From the NCBI GenBank assembly GCA_963717505.1, contig OY970342.1:3840001-3904000 (forward strand): a stretch of DNA of 64,000 bases. Reading direction: 5' to 3'. Shown piece by piece: positions 32,737-45,007 of this stretch. The notes below the pieces were generated by a model, which did no database searches, was not told the origin of the DNA, and saw only the letters and a program-made list of their open reading frames with translations. Source of the stretch: Candidatus Eiseniibacteriota bacterium. GTDB lineage: Bacteria > Eisenbacteria > RBG-16-71-46. Position numbers and translations under genes: made by a program. Every line of letters starts with the position of its first letter. Positions within the stretch are counted from its first letter, which is position 1.

Positions 32737-34179
32737 TCAGGCGACGCGCCGGCGGAATCGCGCCGGCAGGACGCTGAGCTGCTCGCGGTACTTGGCCACG
32801 GTGCGTCGTGCGATCTTGAGTCCCTTCTCGTGGAGCAGCTCGGCGATCCGCTGGTCCGAGAGCGGGTCCTTCTTGTCCTCCTCGTCGATGAGCGTCTTGA
32901 TGATGTTCTTGGCGGTGCGCGCCGAGACGTCTTCGCCATCCTCGGTCTCGAGGCCGCTCGAGAAGAAGAACTTGAGCTCGAAGACGCCGCGCGGCGTCTG
33001 CACGTACTTGCCGCTGCACACGCGGCTCACCGTCGATTCGTGCATGTCGATCTGGCGGGCCACCTGCTGCAGCGTCAGCGGGCGCAGGAACTGCGATGCC
33101 CTTGTCGAAGAACTCGCGCTGCTCGCGGATGATGCAGTTCATCACCTTGATCATGGTGCTGCGCCGCTGCTCGATGGTCTGGATCAGCCAGCGCGCGGAG
33201 TTGAGCTTGCCCTGGATGTACTCGCGGGTCTTCTGCTCGTCCGAGCTCGTGTCGGCCTTGCTCTTTTCGCGCAGCACGCTCTCGTAGGCCGACGAGATCC
33301 GCAGCCGCGGCAGGTGCCGGTCGTTGAGCAGCGACGACGTACTCCTCGTCGACCCGCTCCACCAGCAGGTCGGGCACGACGTACTTGGGATCCTCGCTCG
33401 ACACCTGGAGCCCCGGGCGCGGGTTGCAGCGTCGCGATGACGTCGGCCGCGGCCTGGACCTCCTCGACCGCGCACTTGAGCTGGCGCGCGATCTCGGGGA
33501 AGCGCCGGTTGACCAGGTGGTCGAAGTGGTCGTGGATGATGCGCCAGGCCAGCGTGTCCTGCTCGCCGCGGGCCTCGAGCTGGATCAGCAGGCACTCGCG
33601 CAGGTTGCGCGCCCCGACCCCGGCCGGCTCGAGCGCCTGGATCACTTTGAGCACCTTCTCGCACGTCCTCGACGGTACAGCCCGAGGCCTCGGCGACATC
33701 CTCGAGCGGCGTCGCGAGCCAGCCGCTGTCGTCGAGCGAGCCGACCAGGAACTCGGCGACCGCTCATGTAGCCGTCCGGCAGGTTCAGGAAGTGGAGCTG
33801 CTCGAGCAGGCTCTCGGCCAGCGTGCGTGCGCGTGACCGGCACCTTCTCGAGGAACTCGACGCTTGTCTCGCTCTGCGGCACGTAGGTGCGGTCGAGCAC
33901 CGTCCTGCAGGTAGTCCGACCAGTCGATCGGATCCTCTTCGCTCGGGATCCTCGGCCTCCTCGTTGGCCTTCTCCTCGGGCGAGTCCTCCTTGCGCGAGG
34001 TCCTCGTTGTCGGTGAGCTCGTCGACCTCCTCGAGCAGCGGGTTCTGCATGATCTCCTGCTTGAGGATCTGCTGCAGCTCGAGGGTCGGCACCTGGAGCA
34101 GCTTGAGCGCCTGCTGCAGCCGCGGCGTCATGATCAGCGCCGGCCGCAGCGACAGGTTGAGCGAGGGTTTCATTTCCAT
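32737..34179 (-). CDS. rpoN: RNA polymerase sigma-54 factor (frameshifted)
   Basis: MTPRLQQALKLLQ, HESTVSRV, LKFFFS, RpoN box ARRTVAKYRE. Confidence 0.96.
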
Positions 34180-34194
34180 GGTGGCAGTCCCGTC

Positions 34195-34975
34195 CTAGAG
34201 GCTGAAACGTTCGCCGAGGTAGATCTCGCGCGCTCTCGGAGTCGCTCGCCAGCTCCTCGGCCGTCCCTGCAGCAGGATCCGGCCCTCGTACATGATGTAG
34301 GCGCGGTCCGTGATGCGCAGGGTTTCGCGCACGTTGTGATCGGTGATCAGCACGCCCAGTGCCGCGGTCGCGCAGCCGCGCGACGATGTCCTGGATCTCG
34401 GCGACGGCGATCGGGATCGATGCCGACGAACGGCTCGTCGAGCAGCATGAACGACGGGCTCGCCGCGCCAGCGCGCGGGTGATCTCGACGCGCCGCCGCT
34501 CGCCGCCCGACAGCTTGGTCGCCTGCGCGGTCGGCCAGGTGCGTCAGGTTGAGCTCCTCGAGCAGCTCGGCCAGGCGCTCCTCGCGCTCGCTGCGACGTC
34601 AGCTTCATGGTCTCGAGCACCGCCAGCACGTTCTCGCGCACCGTGAGGCGGCGGAAGATGCTGGGCTCCTGCGCCAGGTAGCCGAGCCCGCGACGCGCCC
34701 GCCGGTACACCGGCTCGTCGGTGATGTCGCTCGCCCTCGAGCAGGATGCGCCCGTGGTTCGGGCGCAGCAGACCGACGATCATGTAGAAGGACGTGGTCT
34801 TGCCGGCGCCGTTGGGCCCGAGCAGACCGACGACCTCGCCGCGCCGCACTTCGATCGTGACGTCGTTCACCACGCGCCACTTGCCGTAGTAGCGGACCAG
34901 ATTCTCGGCACGCAGCTCGGCCGCCACCGCCGGGGTTTCGGCCACGGGCGCCTGATGTTCCTGGGTCACGGTCAT
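34195..34975 (-). CDS. lptB: LPS export ABC transporter ATPase (frameshifted)
   Basis: [46 protein letters not shown]. Confidence 0.93.
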
Positions 34976-35565
34976 TCCGGATCCCGCGGTCGCACCAGGC
35001 CTTCGGTGTCCGAGCGCACCGTGGCCTTCACCGCACGCTTGAACTCGAAGTGCCTGAGGTCGGGATCGCTCTCGAATCCATACCCGGTCAGCACGTCGCC
35101 GCCGCGCTCGACGCGCACCAGCTGGTTCGTCGGGGACCATGCATCTTCTGCGCTTGGTTCAGGAACCGCAGCTCCTCGGTCGACAGCCGCGTGCCCTCGG
35201 TGGTCTGGAGCACGACGTTGCCGCGGGCGATCATGTCGCGGGTGCGCTGGTTGATCTCGCCCTCGCGGGCGATCAGCTCCGAGGAACGCTCGCCCTGCTC
35301 GTTGAAGAAGTCGACGCGGACCGCCTGGGCGATGGTCAGGTTGCGCGCGTTGTAGGTGGCGGCGCTGCGCGCGTAGAGCTTCCACTGCGACGCGGCCGTC
35401 GTCGGTCTCGGTCAACGCGAAGTCCGAGACCTCCTGGTCGGGCAGTTCCTGGGCCGGGACCGCCGGGTTCGGCCGGCGCTGCTCACCACACGCGGAAAGG
35501 CTGGCCACGGCAAGCATCGCCAGCAGCATCCATCCGACGTTGGGGATAGGGCGTCGTCTCCGCAT
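34972..35565 (-). CDS. lptC: LPS export periplasmic protein LptC (lipoprotein-like; frameshifted)
   Basis: [21 protein letters not shown]; position upstream of lptB. Confidence 0.8.
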   Translation of the reverse strand: MRRRRPIPNVGWMLLAMLAVASLSACGEQRRPNPAVPAQELPDQEVSDFALTETDDGRVAVEALRAQRRHLQRAQPDHRPGGPRRLLQRAGRAFLGADRPRGRDQPAHPRHDRPRQRRAPDHRGHAAVDRGAAVPEPSAEDAWSPTNQLVRVERGGDVLTGYGFESDPDLRHFEFKRAVKATVRSDTEGLVRPRDPE

Positions 35566-35656
35566 GGGACCTTTCGGTTTCTGGATGCCGCGAGGCGGCG
35601 CCTGCGCCCCCGCCGCGCGGGTCGAAGGGCGACGCTAGCAAAGGTATGGGACCCCG

Positions 35657-35676
35657 GCAAGCACAGCTTGTGCCAA
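35657..35676 (-). promoter_or_regulatory. Sigma54-type -24/-12 promoter upstream of lptC-lptB-rpoN
   Basis: Minus strand TTGGCACAAGCTGTGCTTGC: TGGCAC, GG-N10-GC spacing. Confidence 0.6.
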
Positions 35677-35769
35677 ATGCCCCTGCCTCGTGATACGTGG
35701 TTATTATCGGAAGGGTTACGCCGTTTCTTGACCCCGGGGTGTCCGCATTCGGACCCGGGGGTGACGGCC

Positions 35770-36804
35770 CTAGGGCGCCGACCGTAGACAGTCGTGCAGG
35801 TGGAGGACCCCGACCGGCCGGCGGTCGCCGTCGACCACGACCAGCGCCGTGATCGGACCGGCCTCGCGCTCCTCCATTTGCCGCACCGCGGCCGCCACGA
35901 GCGCGTCGGGCGCGATCGTGCTCGGCGTGCGGCTCATGACGTCGCGCGGCCGTCAGCCGCCAGGGATCCGGATGCTTGATCAGGATGCGCTTGAAGTCGC
36001 CGTCGATGACCACGCCGGCGAGCCGTCCGGCGGCATCGACCACCGTGGTGAGCCCGAGACGCTTCTCCATGATCTCGAGCATCACGTCGCGCAGCCCGTG
36101 CCGACTCGCTCACCCGCGGCACGTCGTCGCCCCCGTGCATCAGCTCGTCCACGCGCCGCGACGCGGAGCGCCCGAGCACGCCGCCCGGGTGCAGGAAGCG
36201 GAAGTCCTCGGGCTTGAACCCGCGCCGCTCGAGCAGCGCGACCGCCAGGCAGTCCGCCCATCACCTGGCCAGCGTCATGCTGGTGGTCGGCGTCAGGTCC
36301 ATCGGGCAGGCCTCGCGCAGCGGACCGGTGACCAGCGTCACTTCGCTCTTGCGCGACGAGCGCGGAACCGGCGACCGCGACGATGCTGACCAGCGGGAAT
36401 GCCGTGGCGCTCGAGATAGGGCATCAGCGCCAGCAGCTCCTCGCTGCCGCCGCTCTTCGAGATGAACAGCGCGAGCGTCTCCGGGCGTGAACAGTCCGGC
36501 GTCGCCGTGCAGCGCGTCCGCCGGATGCAGGAACACCGCGGGCGTGCCGGTGCTGGTGAAGCGTCGCGGCGATCTTGTGGGCGATGAGTCCCGACTTGCC
36601 GACGCCCGACACGATGACCTTGCCGCGGCAGGCGGCGAGGAGCTCGACCGCGCGCGAGAACTCGGGCCCCATTCGCGACTCGAGTGCCGCCACCGCCGCC
36701 GCCTCGATGCGCACCACCTCGCGCGCGATCTCGAGGTCGCGTTCCGCAGCACTCGCGGCAGGGGCCGCGGCAGCGCCGCGGGTGGAATCCGCGGTCGGGC
36801 TCAT
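35770..36804 (-). CDS. kdsD: Arabinose-5-phosphate isomerase KdsD/KpsF/GutQ (frameshifted)
   Basis: SGVGKSGLIA, FLHPADALHGD, SKSGGSEE, PTTS, CBS domains, HLHDCL. Confidence 0.92.
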
Positions 36805-37408
36805 TTCGCCTCGTAGCGCTGCGAGCACGTCGGCCCAGGTGCCGTTGTGCCGGAGGACGCTCTCGACCACTTCGCGCACCGCGCCCTGGCCGCCGCAGGG
36901 CCCGCGTCACCGTCTTGGCCACGCGCCGCACCTCGGGGCTCGCGTCGCCGACCGCGATCGGCCAGCCGACGCGGCGCATGCAGCGGCACGTCCGGCAGGT
37001 CGTCGCCGACCATCACGCACTGCGGCCCAGGTGCGCGCCCTCGCGCGCGAGCACGCGCTCGGCGACCGCGCACCTTGTCCTTCGACGCCCAGGTAGTGCT
37101 CGAGCTTGAGGTCGAACATGCGCGCTCGACCGGCGATCGAGCCGCGGCCGGAGATGACCACCGGCAGCACGCCCGAGCTCGCGCGCCCACTCGAGCGCGA
37201 TCCCGTCGCGAATCCAGAAGTTGCGCCCGTCACCCGCGCCGTCGAAGTGGATTCCGCCGTCGGTCAGCGTGCCGTCGACGTCGAGGAAGATGATCCTGAT
37301 CGCCACACGAGCATTCCCGCCGCCGCGCCGCGCGGGAGTCGGGACCCGCCTTGTTGGCCGTGCACCGGTGCGCGCTTCTTTCGGAGCGCTCGACGACTTC
37401 CTAGGCAT
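36801..37408 (-). CDS. kdsC: KDO-8-phosphate phosphatase (HAD; frameshifted)
   Basis: [34 protein letters not shown]. Confidence 0.88.
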
Positions 37409-38231
37409 GCGCCCGTCTCCGCACCGCCTGGCGCACGCGCGCGGCCTCGTCGAGGAACGCCTCGACCACTGCGAGCGGCAGCTGGGTCGCAGCGTCGGAC
37501 AGCGCGCGCGCCGGATCGGGATGCGTCTCGAAGAACAGCCCGTCCACGCCGCACGCCACCGCCGCGCGCATCAGCGGGATCGCGCATCGCGCGATCGCCG
37601 CCGGTCTCGGCGCCGCCCGGCTGCTGCAGGCTGTGGGTGGCGTCGTAGACCACCGGCCAGCCCAGGCGCGCGCATACGCACCAGCCCGCGCATGTCGACC
37701 ACCAGGTCGTGGTAGCCGAAGGTCGTGCCGCGCTCGGTGAGCAGGATGTCGCTGGCCGCCCGCGGCCGTCGAGCTTGTCGACGACGTGCGCCATGTCGTC
37801 CGGGCGCCAGGAACTGACCCTTCTTCACGTTCACCGCGCGCCCGGCTGCGCGCCGCGGCCTGGAGCAGCGCGGTCTGCCGGCAGAGGAACGCCGGGATCT
37901 GCAGGCAGTCGGCGACCTCGGCGGCCGCCTCGACCTCGGCGATCTCGTGCACGTCGGTGAGGATCGGGACGCCGATCTCGCGCTTCACGCGCGCCAGGAT
38001 CGCGAGCGCCTTCGGCGACCGGCAGTCCCTCGAACGACGCGGCCGCTCGAACGGTTGGCCTTGCGGTACGACGCCTTGAACACGAACGGCAGGCCGCGCG
38101 CCGCGCAGGCGTCACTGCAGCTTTGCGCGCGATCTCGAGGCACATCTCGGCGCTCTCGATCACGCACGGCCCGGCGATCACCAGCACGCCGGACCTCCGA
38201 CTTGCGCCCCCGCGATGTCGAACCGTTTCAC
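37401..38231 (-). CDS. kdsA: KDO-8-phosphate synthase (frameshifted)
   Basis: [59 protein letters not shown]. Confidence 0.93.
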
Positions 38232-38236
38232 GTCGC

Positions 38237-39961
<1,725 letters not shown>

Positions 39962-40168
39962 GGCTGGTCTCCTGGAATGGGTTGGCCGCTAGAAACGAGA
40001 CGCGCCGCCCCGGGACCCGTCAGGCCCCGAAACGGCAGCGCGAAGAATTCCATGCACGTGTGGCACGGACTCGGAGGCTAGCACACGGCCTCCGGGGAAT
40101 CGAGCGCAGCACCGCATGCGAAGGAAGGACGCGGCGCCGGACCGGCGAATCTGCCCCGGCCGGTCGGT

Positions 40169-40928
40169 CTAGCGGCCCGGGCCGCGCGCTTCGAGTGCCG
40201 CCAGCTGTTCCGGCGTGTCCACGCCGCTCGCCGGTTTCTGGCTCTCGAACACGCGGATCTCGACGCCACGCTCGACTGCGCGGAGCTGTTCGAGCTGCTC
40301 GCGCCGCTCGCCATCGCCTTCGGGCCAGCTCGAGAACTCGAGCAGGAAGTCGCGTCGATAGCCGTAAACGCCGACGTGGCGCATCACCAGTCCGCCCCCG
40401 GGTGGCGGCCAGTCGTCGCGTGAAGTAGCGCGCCACGCCCTGATCGAGGCCGACCTTGACCACGTGCTCGGACTCGAGGGTGGCCGGATCGTCCTCGGAA
40501 TGGGCGAGCGTCGCCATGACGATCGTGGGATCGTTCACCATGCCGGCGACCATTTCGTTGACCGCGTCGACGTCGAGTTCGGGCTCGTCGCCCTGGACGT
40601 TGACGATGATGTCGGCGCCGGGGTAGCGGCGCGCGACTTCGGCGACACGGTCGGTGCCCGAAGTGCGGCCGAGTGCGGTGCACTCGACCACGCGCTCGAA
40701 GCGTTGCGCCGCCGCGACGATCCGTTCGTCGTCGGTGGCAATGATCACGCGCTCGACGCCGCGAATCCGCTGGGCGCCGCTCCCACACGTGCTCGCAGCA
40801 GTGGTCTTGCCCCACAGCTCGGCGAGCGGCTTGCCCGGAAAGCGCGTCGCGCCGTAGCGAGCCGGGATCACCACCAGCACGCTGGCGTTGGCCAGGGCTC
40901 GTGATGCGGCAATGGTGTCATCCACCAT
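40169..40928 (-). CDS. kdsB: CMP-KDO synthetase (frameshifted)
   Basis: IPARYGATRFPGKPL, SGTDRVAE, NVQGDEP, HVGVYGY, LEQLR, GVDTPE. Confidence 0.93.
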
Positions 40929-40972
40929 GGACGGCGTTCCTCACCGAATGTGCGGCGCGACCCTGGGCCCGT

Positions 40973-41915
<943 letters not shown>

Positions 41916-42012
41916 GGCATCCCTCCGTGCACGCGGTCTCGCGTTCAAACCGAAACGCCACGCCGCCGGAGGCGAAGCCCGAGGCGACGTGGCGCTCGAG
42001 TCGAACGACGGC

Positions 42013-42286
42013 TCAGTTCGTCTCGCGCCGCGCGCGGAACGACGTGCACCTTCTTGCGGGTGCCGCGATAGCGCGTGAACTTGACCTCGCCGTCCACCAG
42101 GGCGAACAGCGTGTCGTCCTTGGCCCGGGCCCACGTTGACGCCCGGGGAAGATCTTGGTGCCGCGCTGGCGAACCAGGATGTTGCCTGCGCGTCACCTTC
42201 TCGCCGCCGAAGCGCTTGACGCCCAGGCGCTGCGCGTTCGACTCGCGGCCGTTCTTGGACGAGGACTGACCTTTTTTATGAGCCAT
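42013..42286 (-). CDS. rpmA: 50S ribosomal protein L27 (frameshifted)
   Basis: [31 protein letters not shown]. Confidence 0.95.
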
Positions 42287-42295
42287 GGCTGCTCC

Positions 42296-42609
42296 CTAGG
42301 CCGTGATCGCGGTGACGCGAAGCGCGTGCAGCTCGTCGCGATGGCCCGGCGGCGCCGGTATTCGCGCCGGCGCTTGAACTTGAAGATGCGGAGCTTTCGG
42401 CCCGCGGAAGTGTTCGACCACCTCGACCGTGAGGCTGGCGCCCTTCACGTAGGGCTGGCCGACCGAGATCTTGTCGCCGTCGGCGACCATCAGGATCTGG
42501 TCGAAGGTCAGCTGGCCGCCCGGCTCGCCGGTCAGGCGCGGCACGACGAGCACTTCGTCGGGCGTCGACCCGGGTCTGGATTCCCGTTGATGTTGACGAT
42601 CGCGTACAT
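42296..42609 (-). CDS. rplU: 50S ribosomal protein L21 (frameshifted)
   Basis: MYAIV, VGQPYVKGA, FKFKRR, GHR. Confidence 0.93.
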
Positions 42610-42698
42610 GAATGGCTCCGAAGAGTTTCGGCCTGGCGGCCGGCGCCAAAGCTCGGGCGCGGCGTCCGGAGCGGCAGGAGCCGCTGGACAGAACGGGT

Positions 42699-42728
42699 TT
42701 TGTACCACGGGAGACGCAGGGGTGTCAA
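42699..42728 (-). promoter_or_regulatory. Sigma70 promoter of rplU-rpmA
   Basis: TTGACA-N18-TACAAA with extended TG. Confidence 0.55.
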
Positions 42729-42807
42729 AGCCAGCCCGGTTTCCCGCCTTCCGTCCGAAGGCATCGTCTGGATGCGGTAGTTTGGTCGCTCATCAGGGAG
42801 GGCTGTC

Positions 42808-43359
42808 ATGAAACCATGGAACGCTGTTGGTTTGGTCGCGACCGGCTGCCTGATCGGCTGCGTGGCGTCGGGTCCGCCGCTGACCGCCGAGGGCCCCGAG
42901 ACCGTCGAGCGTGCGTTCGTCCCCTGCGCGCCGCTGGTCATCGACCGCGGCGACATGCGTCTGGGCACGACCGTCTACTTTTCTCGGCTGCCCGATGCCG
43001 GGCAGATTCACGATCTGACGAGCGAGCGCGGCCTCGCCCACGTCGTCCTGACGCTCGACGAATGGCCCGATGACATCAGCCGGCTCACGGCGCTCGAAGC
43101 CGTGCCGCCCGAGGCGGATGTCATCGTCGTCCTCCGCGGCTATCCCCCGTCGCGAGGCGCGGTCGATCTGTGGAAGCTGGTGAGTGCGCGTCTACGGCTG
43201 GTGGTGCTGGTCACCGAGCCACCGATGAACCCGCTCACGCTCGACTGGCTCAACGAAGCGCCGGCACTCGAACGAGTGATCGCCGAGATGGAGATCTCGT
43301 CGCGCGCGGGCTTCGAACGGCTACAGCGGCCGCTGAGCTTTCGGCGGGTGGTGCTCTAG
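42808..43359 (+). CDS. Hypothetical lipoprotein
   Basis: SD GGGAGG, lipobox-like LIGC, clean ORF with alpha/beta pattern. Confidence 0.75.
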   Translation: MKPWNAVGLVATGCLIGCVASGPPLTAEGPETVERAFVPCAPLVIDRGDMRLGTTVYFSRLPDAGQIHDLTSERGLAHVVLTLDEWPDDISRLTALEAVPPEADVIVVLRGYPPSRGAVDLWKLVSARLRLVVLVTEPPMNPLTLDWLNEAPALERVIAEMEISSRAGFERLQRPLSFRRVVL

Positions 43360-43422
43360 AAGCGGAACCCCAAGACGGATCCGGAGAGCGGGCCCCGCCG
43401 CCGCACCCCGCGACCCGGTCGC

Positions 43423-44967
43423 CTAGGTCGCGGGCACCGCGCCGACCACCTGCTTGGTCAGGTCGGCCTTCTTCTCGGTGAACACCTTCATGTCGCCGCG
43501 CTTGAGCTGCGGATCGTCCTTCAAATCCACCTGCAGCTTAAAGCGCTTCTCCAGCTCGGCGAACCGCCGCGCCTCCTGCTCGACGAAGAACAGCGCGATC
43601 TCGGGCGACACCTTGATCGTGACCCGCTTCTCGGTCCCCATCGCACGCACCCGACGCATGACGCGCTCCAGCTTGACCAGCATGGTCTCGGGCGAGGACA
43701 CCTTGCCCAGGCCGCCACAATGCGGGCAGTCCTCGGTGTAGTAGTGGAGCAGGCTCGAGCGCTCGCGCTGCCGGGTCATTTCGACCAGGCCGAGGTCCGA
43801 CACGGCGAACGCCTTGGTGCGCGCCCGGTCTTTGCGCAGCTCGTTGCGCAGATCGTCGAACAGCGCCCGCTTGTTGGCTTCGATCTCCATGTCGATGAAG
43901 TCGATGACGATGATGCCGCCGATATCGCGCAGCCGGAGCTGGCGCGGAATCTCGCGCGCCGCTTCCATGTTGGTGCGGAAGATCGTGTCTTCCTGATTCT
44001 TCTTGCCGGTGAAGCGACCGGTGTTGACGTCGATTGCGGTCAGCGCCTCGGCATGGTCGATCAGGATGTAGCCGCCCTTCTTGAGCCACACCTTGCGCTC
44101 GAAGGTCTTCTCGATCTGGGGCTCGATCTCAAAATGGTCATAGATCGGATCGGCTTCCTTGTAGAGATGCACGCGCTCGCGCAATTCGGGCGAGACGCTC
44201 TTCAGGTAGTCCTGGATCTCCTCGAAGGCATCCGCGTCGTCGATCCAGACCTCGTCCACTTCATCGGTGAACAGGTCGCGAATCAATCCGGCGGTCATCT
44301 CCAGCTCGCGGTGCACCAGCGACGGGGCGCGCGACGACGACGCCTTGCGGTCGAGCTTCTGCCACACCTTGGTCAGGTGCTTGACGTCGGCGGCGAACTC
44401 GGGGTCGCCCTTGCCTTCGCCGGCGGTGCGGGCGATCAGGCCGACCCCTTTGGGCTTGAGGTCGTTGATGATCGCCTTGATCCGCTGGCGCTCGGACCGA
44501 TCCTCGATCCGGCGCGAGACCCCGACGTGCTCGACGCCGGGCATGAGCACGCAGAAGCGTCCAGGCAGGCTGACCTGCTGGGTGACGCGCGGGCCCTTGG
44601 TGCCGATCGACTCTTTGGTGATCTGGACCAGGATCTCCTGGCCCTTCTTCAGGTGGTCTTCGATCTTGGGCACCGGAGCACGGCGACGGCGGCGGTTGCC
44701 GTTCTCCTCGATGTCCGACAGGTCCTCCATGTCGCTGAGCGACTCGGCCAGATCCGAGGCATGAAGGAACGCGGTCTTGGGCAGGCCGAGATCGACGAAC
44801 GCCGCTTGCATCCCGGGGAGCACGGCATTCACCCGGCCCTTGTAGATGTCGCCCACGTGTCGCCGCTGTTCGGCGCGTTCGACAAACAGCTCGGTCAGCT
44901 CGCCGTCCTCGAGGATGGCGATACGGGTCTCGTAAGAGTCTGCGTTGATGACGATCGAGTGTTTCAC
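43423..44967 (-). CDS. rng: Rne/Rng family ribonuclease (RNase G size)
   Basis: GDIYKGRV..VLPGMQAAFVD, IDVNTG, RQLRLRDIGGIIVIDFID, CPHCGG. Confidence 0.93.
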   Translation of the reverse strand: MKHSIVINADSYETRIAILEDGELTELFVERAEQRRHVGDIYKGRVNAVLPGMQAAFVDLGLPKTAFLHASDLAESLSDMEDLSDIEENGNRRRRRAPVPKIEDHLKKGQEILVQITKESIGTKGPRVTQQVSLPGRFCVLMPGVEHVGVSRRIEDRSERQRIKAIINDLKPKGVGLIARTAGEGKGDPEFAADVKHLTKVWQKLDRKASSSRAPSLVHRELEMTAGLIRDLFTDEVDEVWIDDADAFEEIQDYLKSVSPELRERVHLYKEADPIYDHFEIEPQIEKTFERKVWLKKGGYILIDHAEALTAIDVNTGRFTGKKNQEDTIFRTNMEAAREIPRQLRLRDIGGIIVIDFIDMEIEANKRALFDDLRNELRKDRARTKAFAVSDLGLVEMTRQRERSSLLHYYTEDCPHCGGLGKVSSPETMLVKLERVMRRVRAMGTEKRVTIKVSPEIALFFVEQEARRFAELEKRFKLQVDLKDDPQLKRGDMKVFTEKKADLTKQVVGAVPAT

Positions 44968-45007
44968 ACGGACTTCCTCGCGGCGTTCCGCCGCTTCCGC
45001 GCGAATG

